A stretch of 64,000 bases of DNA from an uncultured Candidatus Woesearchaeota archaeon (GTDB lineage Archaea; Nanobdellota; Nanobdellia; Woesearchaeales; UBA10107). The stretch is from the NCBI GenBank assembly GCA_963835585.1, contig CAWIGF010000001.1:226281-290280 (forward strand). The letters run 5' to 3'. This document shows positions 28,296-37,330 of the stretch, piece by piece. How positions within the stretch are numbered: position 1 is the stretch's first letter; every line of letters starts with the position of its first letter. A program made the position numbers and the translations under genes. The notes under the pieces are model-generated. The model was given only the letters and a program-made list of their open reading frames with translations. It searched no databases and was not told the DNA's origin.

Positions 28296-28477
28296 ACAGT
28301 CAAAATAAATTCCGAGGTATATAAAATAATCTTATGCAAAATTTATTTACTGGTATGTTTTTTTTAGCGCACGAATCATTTAATTATCTTCTATATAGAT
28401 AATAAATAGTCTAAACATAACTAAAACATGGCAACATCCTCAACACATTAAATTCATGGTTTTCCGACCCAGGGATA

Positions 28478-29449
28478 TTATTGAACATCAGGGGGATTGA
28501 TGTCAGGAGGGCCTTTTCTCGTGTAGAAGATCAAGAAGACATTAGCAATTATGATTACCGCTACTGCAATAATCAATAGCAAAAGGGGCGAGCCAAATCC
28601 TTGATTTGTCCCTGTAATCGCATTGCCATTTGTGTTTCCTTTTATAACGGAAAGCGTGTCGGGATTCAGCTGTACTGAGAATGTATTATTCGATGCCTTT
28701 CCATTGTAGTTCAGTGTCGTAATCAAATTATAAACGCCTGGCTGAAGATTTGTAGTATCCCAATATCCTGTCAGCGTCGTAGATGATAGTGAAGGAACAT
28801 CAACTGGCAAAGTCTGGAAATTTCCATATACATTGCTTGCGGAATTCTCCACGATAATGCTGGTGGATACGTTATCAATCTGATCTTGCCAGTGATTGTA
28901 GACATTGATATTCACCCTGTTAATTTTTCCCAATATAAACTGAGGGGAACTGATTGATTCAATCTCAATGAATTTACCCCCTACTGTGAAAGATGATTGA
29001 AGGTTTATTGTTTTATTTCCATACGCAATTGTCGCAAGTGCTACATACTCCCCAGGAGGAACATCCAGAGATATTGAGTTTGTCTCATTTTGCTCTGCAC
29101 CCGGATCCAAGGAATTGTAATTATTTTGGTATGTCAATATCGTGTCTCCACTTGCATTGACAATCTGAACATCCGCGGAAGGCGTTACCGTCTCCAATCC
29201 TTCATTCGAGAACGTGTATATCATCTCAAGTTCATTCGCCTCGGAATCATTTGTGATGAATGTCGCAGTCATGTACTGTTCGGGAACAGAGACATTGGTG
29301 ACTGGCTGATGAACGGTGGTGAATTCTCCTGGGACTGTCATCCCTTGCGCCTGTAAACATGATAGAAGAACAACAATAGAAATCAAGAAAAGATTCTTGC
29401 ATTGCTTGCTATAGATATTAACGATTCTCTCCAGCAGTCTTTCAAACAT
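28478..29449 (-). CDS. cell-surface protein (paralog of 30709-31965) with SecF-derived N-terminal signal anchor and C-terminal TM anchor
   Basis: The N-terminal MFERLLERIVNIYSKQCKNLFLISIVVLLSCL mimics the SecF N-terminus MFKRLFEKTANVYDKQYKKLFLIPITILILCL. The C-terminal 290 aa are about 70 percent identical to 30709-31965 and end with QGFGS, a TM helix, RKGPPDINPPDVQ. Confidence 0.65.
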   Translation of the reverse strand: MFERLLERIVNIYSKQCKNLFLISIVVLLSCLQAQGMTVPGEFTTVHQPVTNVSVPEQYMTATFITNDSEANELEMIYTFSNEGLETVTPSADVQIVNASGDTILTYQNNYNSLDPGAEQNETNSISLDVPPGEYVALATIAYGNKTINLQSSFTVGGKFIEIESISSPQFILGKINRVNINVYNHWQDQIDNVSTSIIVENSASNVYGNFQTLPVDVPSLSSTTLTGYWDTTNLQPGVYNLITTLNYNGKASNNTFSVQLNPDTLSVIKGNTNGNAITGTNQGFGSPLLLLIIAVAVIIIANVFLIFYTRKGPPDINPPDVQ

Positions 29450-29505
29450 AGGTAAAATGGAACTGTAATGCTTTTATATATCTTTCTCGATTTTTGGCGT
29501 GAGAT
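29342..29505. repeat. duplicated secF promoter plus 5' coding segment (partner 27334-27510), about 75 percent identical, fused to the surface protein gene
   Basis: The DNA around both start codons is alignable (…atcaagaaaag[a/c]ttcttg[c/t]attgctt…ttatatatctttc…). Both encode MF(E/K)RL(L/F)E… and a TM helix ending in LLxCL. Confidence 0.65.
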
Positions 29506-29532
29506 ATAATCAAATAGTCTGTTCAGAAAAGT

Positions 29533-30159
29533 TCAAAATAGCAATGAAAACAATCCGGAATAAACCTTAAACCCATCGAATCCGGGAATAGGAAGCATGT
29601 TGAATATGAACAGAACCATATTGATTTTGCTTGTCAGCATCAAGAATATGTAGTACTTCTGGGATAACTTCTTGTTCTTGATAATCCACGCTGAGCCGAG
29701 CCACAGAACAAGATTGACGAAAGGACCTGCAAACGCTATAAGTGTTTGCTGCAGCGCCGTCGCGGTTGCTCCAAAATCTACATAAGCAGGCACAAAAAAC
29801 AGGAACGAGCTGCCAAAGTAAGTCATGATAATTGCTATGATCATAAGAATTGATGCGAAATCGAAGAAAGGCATCCCATGGATAATCTTATTTATTGAAA
29901 TTGCCGAATAAAATGTCGCATTGAAACCGAACGCCATGGCCACGAACTTGTGCCCAAGTTCGTGAAGCAGGATTGCCGGTCCAATCAAACATATCGAGAA
30001 ATAAAAATCATGCCAAGAGAATCTATTTTTATGAATTATGCCGTATTGATCTGGTTTCTTGAATTTGTTGAACTTAGAAAAATAGCCTGAAAAGATATAC
30101 CCTATGCATGCGGACATAATTATGACATCCAGGAATTCAGGGATTGTAAAAATAGCCAT
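29533..30159 (-). CDS. M50/site-2-protease-like intramembrane zinc metalloprotease (minimal form)
   Basis: HELGH within a TM helix plus a downstream NMLPIPGFDG (the LDG motif of S2P); about 6 TM segments; 208 aa. Confidence 0.65.
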   Translation of the reverse strand: MAIFTIPEFLDVIIMSACIGYIFSGYFSKFNKFKKPDQYGIIHKNRFSWHDFYFSICLIGPAILLHELGHKFVAMAFGFNATFYSAISINKIIHGMPFFDFASILMIIAIIMTYFGSSFLFFVPAYVDFGATATALQQTLIAFAGPFVNLVLWLGSAWIIKNKKLSQKYYIFLMLTSKINMVLFIFNMLPIPGFDGFKVYSGLFSLLF

Positions 30160-30266
30160 ATATTATGTTCTCCCATTGTTGTTTAAAAAAGTTGCTAAGA
30201 AATAACTTGCACAAGCAGAAAAATCAAAAGCAAATATTTTTAAACTAATGCTATTCAGCCTTCGGT

Positions 30267-30701
30267 ATGGCAAATAAGACAGCAAAGAAAGGCGATACTG
30301 TTCGCGTGGACTATACAGGCAAGCTCGAGACCGGGGAGGTCTTCGACTCTTCTAAAGGAAAAGAACCCCTTGAATTTGAACTTGGTTCTGGAAAAGTTAT
30401 ACCTGGATTCGATGATGGAATCATAGGAATGAAAGAAGACCAGGAAAAAGACATTACAATCAGCCCTGAAAAAGGGTATGGAAACAGGAGCGATAATTAC
30501 ATCAAAGAAATTCCTAAAAACAGCGTTCCAGAAAAAATAAAGTTGGAAAAAGGAATGATTTTATTATTCAAGCGACAGGATGGGATGACTATGCCATGCA
30601 CAGTAAATGAAATAGGGAAGGATACAATAAAAGTTGACTTTAACCATCCACTCGCAGGAAAGACACTCAAATTCAACGTGAAATTAATTCACATCAAATA
30701 A
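30267..30701 (+). CDS. FKBP-type peptidyl-prolyl cis-trans isomerase
   Basis: GDTVRVDYTGKLETGEVFDSS...LEFELGSGKVIPGFDDGIIGM is the FKBP domain signature; 144 aa. Confidence 0.85.
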   Translation: MANKTAKKGDTVRVDYTGKLETGEVFDSSKGKEPLEFELGSGKVIPGFDDGIIGMKEDQEKDITISPEKGYGNRSDNYIKEIPKNSVPEKIKLEKGMILLFKRQDGMTMPCTVNEIGKDTIKVDFNHPLAGKTLKFNVKLIHIK

Positions 30702-30708
30702 TTCTCTC

Positions 30709-31965
30709 TCAACTTACGTTGCTTGGCTGGTATTCTGGTTGCTGTGGAGGCATAGATGGAGATTTTGGAGGACCCCTTCTCAAATAGAAAATCAGGAATA
30801 TATTTACAATTACAAGAACTGCTACAGCAATTATCAACAAAGAGAGAGATGATCCAAATCCTTGATTTGTCCCAGTTACCGCATTACCATTTATGTTTCC
30901 TTTCGTGACGGAAAGCGTGTCAGGATTTACCTGCATTGAGAATGTATTCTCTGAAGCCTTTCCATTGTAGTTCAATGTCGCAAACAAATTATATGCGCCC
31001 GGTTGTAGATTTGTCGTATCCCAATATCCTGTCAGCGTCGCAGATGATAGTGAAGGAACATCAACTGGTAAAGTTTGGAAATTTCCATATACATTGCTTG
31101 CAGTATCCTTTACGACAATAGTTGCAGATACACTATCAATTTGATCTGACCAATGATTGTAGACATTGACGTCCATCCTGTTAATTCTGCCAAGTATAAA
31201 CTGCGGAGAGCTGATAGACTCGATTTCAATGAATTTACCTCCCACAGTAAAAGATGAATGAAGATCTATTGTTTTGTCCCCGTATATGATTGTCGTAAGG
31301 GCGACATACTCTCCTGGAGGAACTGACAAGAGTATCGATTTTGTTTCCTTTCTCTCTATGCCCGGACCTAAAGGATCATAATCAGTATGATAAGTTGCTA
31401 TTGTATCTCCGTTTTGATTGATAATCTGAACATCCGCGGAAGGCGTTACCGTCTCCGATCCTTCATTCGTGAAAGCGTACGTGAGCTCAAGGTCATTCGT
31501 TTCCGGATCATTTGTAGTAAATGTAGCAGTCATGTACTGTCCAGGGATAGGCACATTGATTACTAATTGATGAACAATGGCCACCTCCCCAAATATAGTA
31601 GTCCCTTGAGGCTGAACAGAGGAAGAAGATTGCGCCGTGACTATTTCAACAGTATTTGCGCCAGGCTGCAACACAGCAAAGGGAATGTCAACTGAATACG
31701 AAATCGTTGCCTGGTCGTCAGTTGGACTAAGATGGATTGAACTGTTCGACAGATTTACATAACTTTGCCATTCCCCTCTTACATATATCGTCAAGTCAAG
31801 ATCTTGGTGTTCCGTGTTCATTATTGTAAAACTATAATCGTGTTTGAAGTCAGCAGTAGTATCTGCGACTATTTTTGCCGGCGTAACACCGAATGCATGC
31901 GCTGAGACAAGCGAACTAAGTAAAAATAACACCCACACAAAAATAAATCCAGTTCGCTTCATCAT
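30709..31965 (-). CDS. cell-surface protein with signal peptide and C-terminal TM anchor; paralog of 28478-29449
   Basis: Signal peptide MMKRTGFIFVWVLFLLSSLVSAHA. The C-terminal GFGSSLSLLIIAVAVLVIVNIFLIFYLRRGPP is followed by a Pro/Gln tail. The start overlaps the stop of the upstream giant-gene segment by 4 nt. Confidence 0.65.
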   Translation of the reverse strand: MMKRTGFIFVWVLFLLSSLVSAHAFGVTPAKIVADTTADFKHDYSFTIMNTEHQDLDLTIYVRGEWQSYVNLSNSSIHLSPTDDQATISYSVDIPFAVLQPGANTVEIVTAQSSSSVQPQGTTIFGEVAIVHQLVINVPIPGQYMTATFTTNDPETNDLELTYAFTNEGSETVTPSADVQIINQNGDTIATYHTDYDPLGPGIERKETKSILLSVPPGEYVALTTIIYGDKTIDLHSSFTVGGKFIEIESISSPQFILGRINRMDVNVYNHWSDQIDSVSATIVVKDTASNVYGNFQTLPVDVPSLSSATLTGYWDTTNLQPGAYNLFATLNYNGKASENTFSMQVNPDTLSVTKGNINGNAVTGTNQGFGSSLSLLIIAVAVLVIVNIFLIFYLRRGPPKSPSMPPQQPEYQPSNVS

Positions 31966-34900
31966 GATTCGACTCCATACACAGTTATTGTTGATACCTT
32001 CAGGCCAGGAGGTTCACCATTTGGAACAGTCACATTGAGATCAATTGCTGCAGTATTGTTGTAAGGAGGGAAATTAAGATAAGCAATGACAGACTTTGGA
32101 GTTGATGTCATAGGCGTCCAAGTCATATTTGAATACGTTGTATTAAATGCGTTAAACGTATTACTTGAATTAGTTGTATTGGCTTTGAACATGAATGTTG
32201 TGTTCCCTAATCCTGAAAGGTTAAACAATGTTGTCGCATTGATTGATACATTCACGAGCACGTTCGAAAGGCTTTGAACTATGAACGGAGGTGGATTGTT
32301 GTTTACTGTTGTGTTGGTTTGTCCAGGAATCATGTTTCCGAAATTAGAGAAGTTCTGCGTCAGGTTTATGTTGACATTTACTTGTATTGAGAAGTTGAAT
32401 GTTGATGAGAATGAGCTGTTCAATGTTCCATCGTTTGCCTCAACGTTCCAGAAATATACTCCACACTTATCATTCGTTGACAGAACAGGAGTTGTGTAAT
32501 TTGTCGCGCTCACTCCTGTGAAGAACTGATTTGCACAGAACTGGCTAGTTAGATTGATGTTGTAAGTCAACGTATCACCGTCAGCGTCAGATGATGCATT
32601 CCACAATAATAAAGGCTGAATTGCAGTTAGCGAACTATTGCCATTGCTTGGAAGGACCAACACTGGAGCAGTAGGTGCTGAGTTAAGAACAACCAAATTA
32701 TTAGAGCAAACAGTTGATCCGTCCTGTGTTCCGTCGTTCGGTGTTATGCATGCAGTCCAATTTTGACCTTTTTTCAACATAGACGAGTCCATGATGTATG
32801 ATTGGTTGTTGTAGATGTTCAGGATTTCCTGTGCAGACAATGTACGATTGAAAATCATTACGTTGTCTATTGAGCCGTTGAAATACGTTGGAAGCTGTGA
32901 AGCTATTCCGATTGTGAAATCTCCTGCATATCCTTGCGTGTTTCCCGCCGACATAGAACTCGAGGTTCTTTGTGATCCATCAACCCATATTTGCGCAGTC
33001 CCGTTTGTATTCCAAGTTCCGACTAAAAAGTGCCACTTACTGTCGTTGTAAGCATCTGTTGAGTCAGTTATTCCTCCTTGCGGGTAAAGATACATAGTTA
33101 TATGTCCGGCTTGTATATACAATTCCTTGTCGTGCGTTCCTCCAGTTGGGAGACCATTGGTAAATCCTAATATACTTCCTGAGTTACTTGTTTTAAACCA
33201 CGCCACGAGTGAAAGATTGTATACTACCTCACTCGCAGTTGTGTTTGACCATATGTAACTATTATTTCCATTAAACTGATAATCTCCGAATCCGTTGTAT
33301 CCACCTGTTGAATTCCATGTTGCATTGATTACAGTTCCATTATTTCCATAAGTTGAGTAATCCCTTGTCCATGTCGAGTTGGAGCCACCTTCGAATGGCA
33401 TGTTCAAGACAGCTATTGAAGTTCCATTCAATTTCCAGTCAGTGATGTTGATGACCGTATAACCACCTGGGCTTGTTGAGTTCCAAGATAGAGTTAGATT
33501 TTCAGAGGAGGTATTTGTTCCAAACGTCGAGTTCAAAAGGACATTTCCAACAATGAAGGGAAGCTGACGCGTCGCGTTCACGAAGAATGTGAAAGTCTTG
33601 TTGTTTGCAGGATTGGATCCATTTACAACGACCGAGACTGTGTATTGGCTACCTGTGCTGAATAATTGGCTGAACATGCTTGTGAATCCTGATGTCAACG
33701 TCTGTACAAATGTCAGGATATTGTTGATGAACCAGTTGAACGTGAGCGCTTCTGGATATAATTCAGTTGCGGTTATGTTGAATGTCAAATTGGTTGACGC
33801 TGAAATATTCGTACTTATCGAAACATTGATCTGATTCGTGATGTTCTGCAATCCTCCTGTCGCGTTAGGATAGAATGACGTCAGACTGATGTTGTTCAGG
33901 ACAAGCAAGGAATTGGAGCAGACAGTACTTCCATCTTGCGTTCCATCATTTGGAGTTATGCAGGATGTCCAGTTCTGGTTTGGTTGAAGCATGGATGAGT
34001 CCATAATATATGATTGGTTTTGATATATGTCTTTAATTTCTTGAGGAGATAATGTGCGATTGAAAATCAGAACATTGTCTATTGAGCCGTTGAAGTATAC
34101 ACCATCACCTCTCTTTCCTATATATGCAATTGACATAGAACTCGTTGAAGTCGCATTAGCAACTAAAACACCATTGACATATAGCAGCTGGGTTGTGGCA
34201 TTCTGCACAGCAGCAAGATAAGTCCAAACTCCCGGCGTTGCTGCATACGCACCATTAGCAGCAGAATCAAATTGCCAAGCCCCACTACCACCCTCCTGAA
34301 GCCAAGAGTTTGTTGCGGTTCCATTATTTATTATAGCTGCACCCACTACTATGCTTGTCGGTTTCGCCCATACACTAAGGGTATACACGCTAATAGCGGA
34401 AGGCAAGCTTGCATTCACAAAGCTGCTGATGCCGTTGAATTGATAATCTCCGAATCCGTTATACCCGTCAGTCGAATTCCACGTCGCATTCATAACAGTC
34501 CCATTATTGCCGTATGTGGAATAGTCTCTTGTCCATGTGGAGTTAGAGCCGCCTTCGAAGGGCATGTTCAAGACAGCAATCGAGGTTCCACTTATTCTCC
34601 AGTCAGTTATGTTGATTAAATTAGATGTATATGATGTTGAGTTCCAAGATACAGTAAGATTGTCAGTAGTGAGGTTATTTCCCGATGTAGAATTCAACAA
34701 CACTACGCTGTTCACAATAAATGGAGGTTGTGATGTCAGATTCAAATAGAAACTGAATGTCTGGTTGTTCGCTGAATTGCTTCCATTGACTGTCACCGAG
34801 ACATTATATAATCCAGATGTGCTGAAAAGCTGGCTGAACATGGATGTGAACCCAGATGTCAGTGTCTGCACAAATTTCAGGACATTATTTATGAACCAGC

Positions 34901-35291
34901 TGAATGTGAGTGCTTCTGGATAAGACTCTGTTGCTGTTATGTTGAATGTCAAATTGGTTGTTGCTGAAGTATTCGTATTTATCGAAACATTGATCTGATT
35001 CGTGATGTTCTGCAATCCTCCTGTCGCGTTAGGATAGAATGACGTCAGACTGATGTTGTTCAGGACAAGCAAGGAATTGGAGCAGACAGTACTTCCATCT
35101 TGCGTTCCATCATTTGGAGTTATGCAGGATGTCCAGTTCTGGCCTGGCATGAGTTCCTGCGAAGCCATGACGTAACTTTGATTATGATAAATATTAAGGA
35201 TTTCTTGAGGGGATAATGCTCGGTTGTATATTTGAACATTATCAATGATTCCCTGTATAATTTGACCAACCAGGACTATGATCCATTCCAA
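31962..35291 (-). CDS. C-terminal segment (1109 aa) of the giant LamG-repeat surface protein locus; out of frame with the upstream segments, so a continuation or pseudogene fragment
   Basis: It starts mid-domain (…IDNVQIYNRALSPQEILNIY) with no signal peptide. It carries LamG_3-like repeats and shares identical blocks of 150-400 nt with 36937-37330. Confidence 0.5.
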   Translation of the reverse strand: MEWIIVLVGQIIQGIIDNVQIYNRALSPQEILNIYHNQSYVMASQELMPGQNWTSCITPNDGTQDGSTVCSNSLLVLNNISLTSFYPNATGGLQNITNQINVSINTNTSATTNLTFNITATESYPEALTFSWFINNVLKFVQTLTSGFTSMFSQLFSTSGLYNVSVTVNGSNSANNQTFSFYLNLTSQPPFIVNSVVLLNSTSGNNLTTDNLTVSWNSTSYTSNLINITDWRISGTSIAVLNMPFEGGSNSTWTRDYSTYGNNGTVMNATWNSTDGYNGFGDYQFNGISSFVNASLPSAISVYTLSVWAKPTSIVVGAAIINNGTATNSWLQEGGSGAWQFDSAANGAYAATPGVWTYLAAVQNATTQLLYVNGVLVANATSTSSMSIAYIGKRGDGVYFNGSIDNVLIFNRTLSPQEIKDIYQNQSYIMDSSMLQPNQNWTSCITPNDGTQDGSTVCSNSLLVLNNISLTSFYPNATGGLQNITNQINVSISTNISASTNLTFNITATELYPEALTFNWFINNILTFVQTLTSGFTSMFSQLFSTGSQYTVSVVVNGSNPANNKTFTFFVNATRQLPFIVGNVLLNSTFGTNTSSENLTLSWNSTSPGGYTVINITDWKLNGTSIAVLNMPFEGGSNSTWTRDYSTYGNNGTVINATWNSTGGYNGFGDYQFNGNNSYIWSNTTASEVVYNLSLVAWFKTSNSGSILGFTNGLPTGGTHDKELYIQAGHITMYLYPQGGITDSTDAYNDSKWHFLVGTWNTNGTAQIWVDGSQRTSSSMSAGNTQGYAGDFTIGIASQLPTYFNGSIDNVMIFNRTLSAQEILNIYNNQSYIMDSSMLKKGQNWTACITPNDGTQDGSTVCSNNLVVLNSAPTAPVLVLPSNGNSSLTAIQPLLLWNASSDADGDTLTYNINLTSQFCANQFFTGVSATNYTTPVLSTNDKCGVYFWNVEANDGTLNSSFSSTFNFSIQVNVNINLTQNFSNFGNMIPGQTNTTVNNNPPPFIVQSLSNVLVNVSINATTLFNLSGLGNTTFMFKANTTNSSNTFNAFNTTYSNMTWTPMTSTPKSVIAYLNFPPYNNTAAIDLNVTVPNGEPPGLKVSTITVYGVES

Positions 35292-35734
35292 GATAAAAAG
35301 GATCTATAAGTTATGGAGATTGGTCCATGTCGCTGCAATACTATTGTGCATCGAGCGCTCCGTTGACAAAATGGATATATTTATGTTGTTGTCATGTGAA
35401 GGCAACATGGTACCATATGTCCTGTGTTCAGGTTCGTGCTCCCTGTGAGTTGGGCTCCTGCCGTTTATTCTCACCATAAGAGTATTTGAGGAGCCAGTAT
35501 AGAACCCGAATGAAATCTCTCCCTGCGAACCTGTTAGAGGTCCTATTGAAAAATAGCCCAGACATTGAAATTACTAACTGGCAGAGTATACCCAAGCCAT
35601 GAAAGTAATATTAAGGTTGAGTTAAGTTGAGACTCTGGCTGAATGGTATTGTAATGTATGATGAATTTACATTATGTGAAATAATATGCGCCGTGACCAT
35701 CATATCCTCACTGTCATATTCCATGTCGCATTGA
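35292..35734 (-). pseudogene. decayed copy of one adhesin repeat unit (homologous to 37590-38160) with multiple indels; no open frame
   Basis: DNA is alignable to 37590-38160 at over 90 percent identity, but several 1-3 nt indels interrupt every frame. Confidence 0.55.
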
Positions 35735-37021
35735 CTACAGTTCCATTATTGCCATATGTAGAATAGTCCTCTGTCCAAGTAGAAGTAGAGCCCCTTCAAA
35801 TGGCATGTTTAGAACTGCAATTGAAGTTCCGTTCAATCTCCAGTCTGTTATATTGATTAAATTAGATGTATACGATGTTGAGTTCCAAGATACTGTTAGA
35901 TTTTCATATGTAAAGTTTGTTCCATAAGTTGAATTTAAGATGACATTATTAACAAAAGGTGGTTGTGATGTCAGATTCAAATAAAATGTGAATGTCTTGT
36001 TGTTCGCTGGATTAGAGCCATTTACAATTACCGAAACATTATATGATCCGGATGTGCTGAACAGCTGGCTGAACATGGATGTGAATCCAGATGTTAGTGT
36101 CTGCACAAATTTCAGGATATTGTTGATGAACCAGTTGAACGTGAGCGATTCCGGATAAGATTCAGTTGCAGTTATGTTGAATGTCAAATTTGTTGCTGCT
36201 GATGTGTTTGTATTTATTGAGACATTGATTTGATTCGTGATGTTCTGCAATCCTCCTGTAGCATTAGGATAGAATGATGTCAGGTTGATTTTGTTAAGGA
36301 CGAATAATGAGTTGGAGCAGGCAGTACTTCCATCTTGGGTTCCATCATTTGGAGTTATGCATGCTGTCCAGTTCTGGCCTGGCTGCAGCATTGATGAGTC
36401 CATGATGTATGATTGGTTTTGGTATATGTTGAGGATTTCTTGCGGCGTTAATGCTACATTGTAGATCTGGACACTGTCAATCGAGCCATTGAAGAATTGA
36501 TTTATTCCAGGATCACCAGAACCAATCCATGTATTCGGACCTACGTAAGTTATAGGACCGGATGCAGCAATCGTTCCATTCTGGCGCCCGTTGAGATATA
36601 CAGTCAGTGCTGAACCGTTATATGTCATTGCGATGTAAGACCATGTTTTAATTGGAATAGCTGTATTTCCACTGAGTGATATCCATGCTGAACCATTGTA
36701 GATGGCGGCGCCGATATTCTGCGCCAGTGTATTAAACTCATCACCGAACGCCAAATAAAATGGTGCATTTTTGGAAATGACCGTCCCTATTTGTGTTGTA
36801 GTTGGATATATCCATGCAGAAAGAGTTACGGCATTTGCTAATGTAGGAACTCCCAATATAGGAATTATATAACTATTATACCCATTGAACATATATGCCC
36901 CATGTCCGTCATATCCTCCAGTCGAATTCCACGTCGCATTCATAACAGTCCCATTATTGCCGTATGTGGAATAGTCTCTTGTCCATGTGGAGTTAGAGCC
37001 GCCTTCGAAGGGCATGTTCAA
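35735..37021 (-). CDS. internal segment (428 aa) of the giant surface protein locus, LamG_3-like repeats; separated from the upstream ORF by a short frameshifted stretch
   Basis: The ORF opens on TTG inside a repeat, and homology continues seamlessly from the 3835-aa ORF. Ends in IDSVQIYNVALTPQEILNIY-type motifs. Confidence 0.5.
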   Translation of the reverse strand: MNMPFEGGSNSTWTRDYSTYGNNGTVMNATWNSTGGYDGHGAYMFNGYNSYIIPILGVPTLANAVTLSAWIYPTTTQIGTVISKNAPFYLAFGDEFNTLAQNIGAAIYNGSAWISLSGNTAIPIKTWSYIAMTYNGSALTVYLNGRQNGTIAASGPITYVGPNTWIGSGDPGINQFFNGSIDSVQIYNVALTPQEILNIYQNQSYIMDSSMLQPGQNWTACITPNDGTQDGSTACSNSLFVLNKINLTSFYPNATGGLQNITNQINVSINTNTSAATNLTFNITATESYPESLTFNWFINNILKFVQTLTSGFTSMFSQLFSTSGSYNVSVIVNGSNPANNKTFTFYLNLTSQPPFVNNVILNSTYGTNFTYENLTVSWNSTSYTSNLINITDWRLNGTSIAVLNMPFEGALLLLGQRTILHMAIMEL

Positions 37022-37330
37022 GACAGCAATCGAGGTTCCACTTCATTCTCCAGTCAGTTATGTTGATTAAATTAGATGTATATGATGTTGAGTTCCAAGA
37101 TACAGTAAGATTTTCAGTATGTGAGGTTATGTTCCCGATGTAGAATTCAACAACACTACGCTGTTCACAATAAATGGAGGTTGTGATGTCAGATTCAAAT
37201 AGAAACTGAATGTCTGGTTGTTCGCTGAATTGCTTCCATTGACTGTCACCGAGACATTATATAATCCAGATGTGCTGAAAAGCTGGCTGAACATGGATGT
37301 GAACCCAGATGTCAGTGTCTGCACAAATTT
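36937..37330. repeat. about 390-bp near-identical intragenic repeat (partner 34477-34867) spanning the frame-disrupted junction of the giant gene
   Basis: Direct comparison shows over 95 percent identity. The 37021-37127 stretch carries three 1-nt insertions relative to the 34570-34680 copy. Confidence 0.7.

Noticed and set aside
29533-30159. Interpreting the HELGH membrane protein as a CAAX/Rce1-type protease or as an archaeosortase
   Set aside because: The motif pair HExxH plus a downstream LPIPGFDG fits M50/S2P, not the EExxxR/FxxxH of CAAX proteases. Archaeosortases are larger and use a Cys-Arg-Asn triad, which is not seen here.
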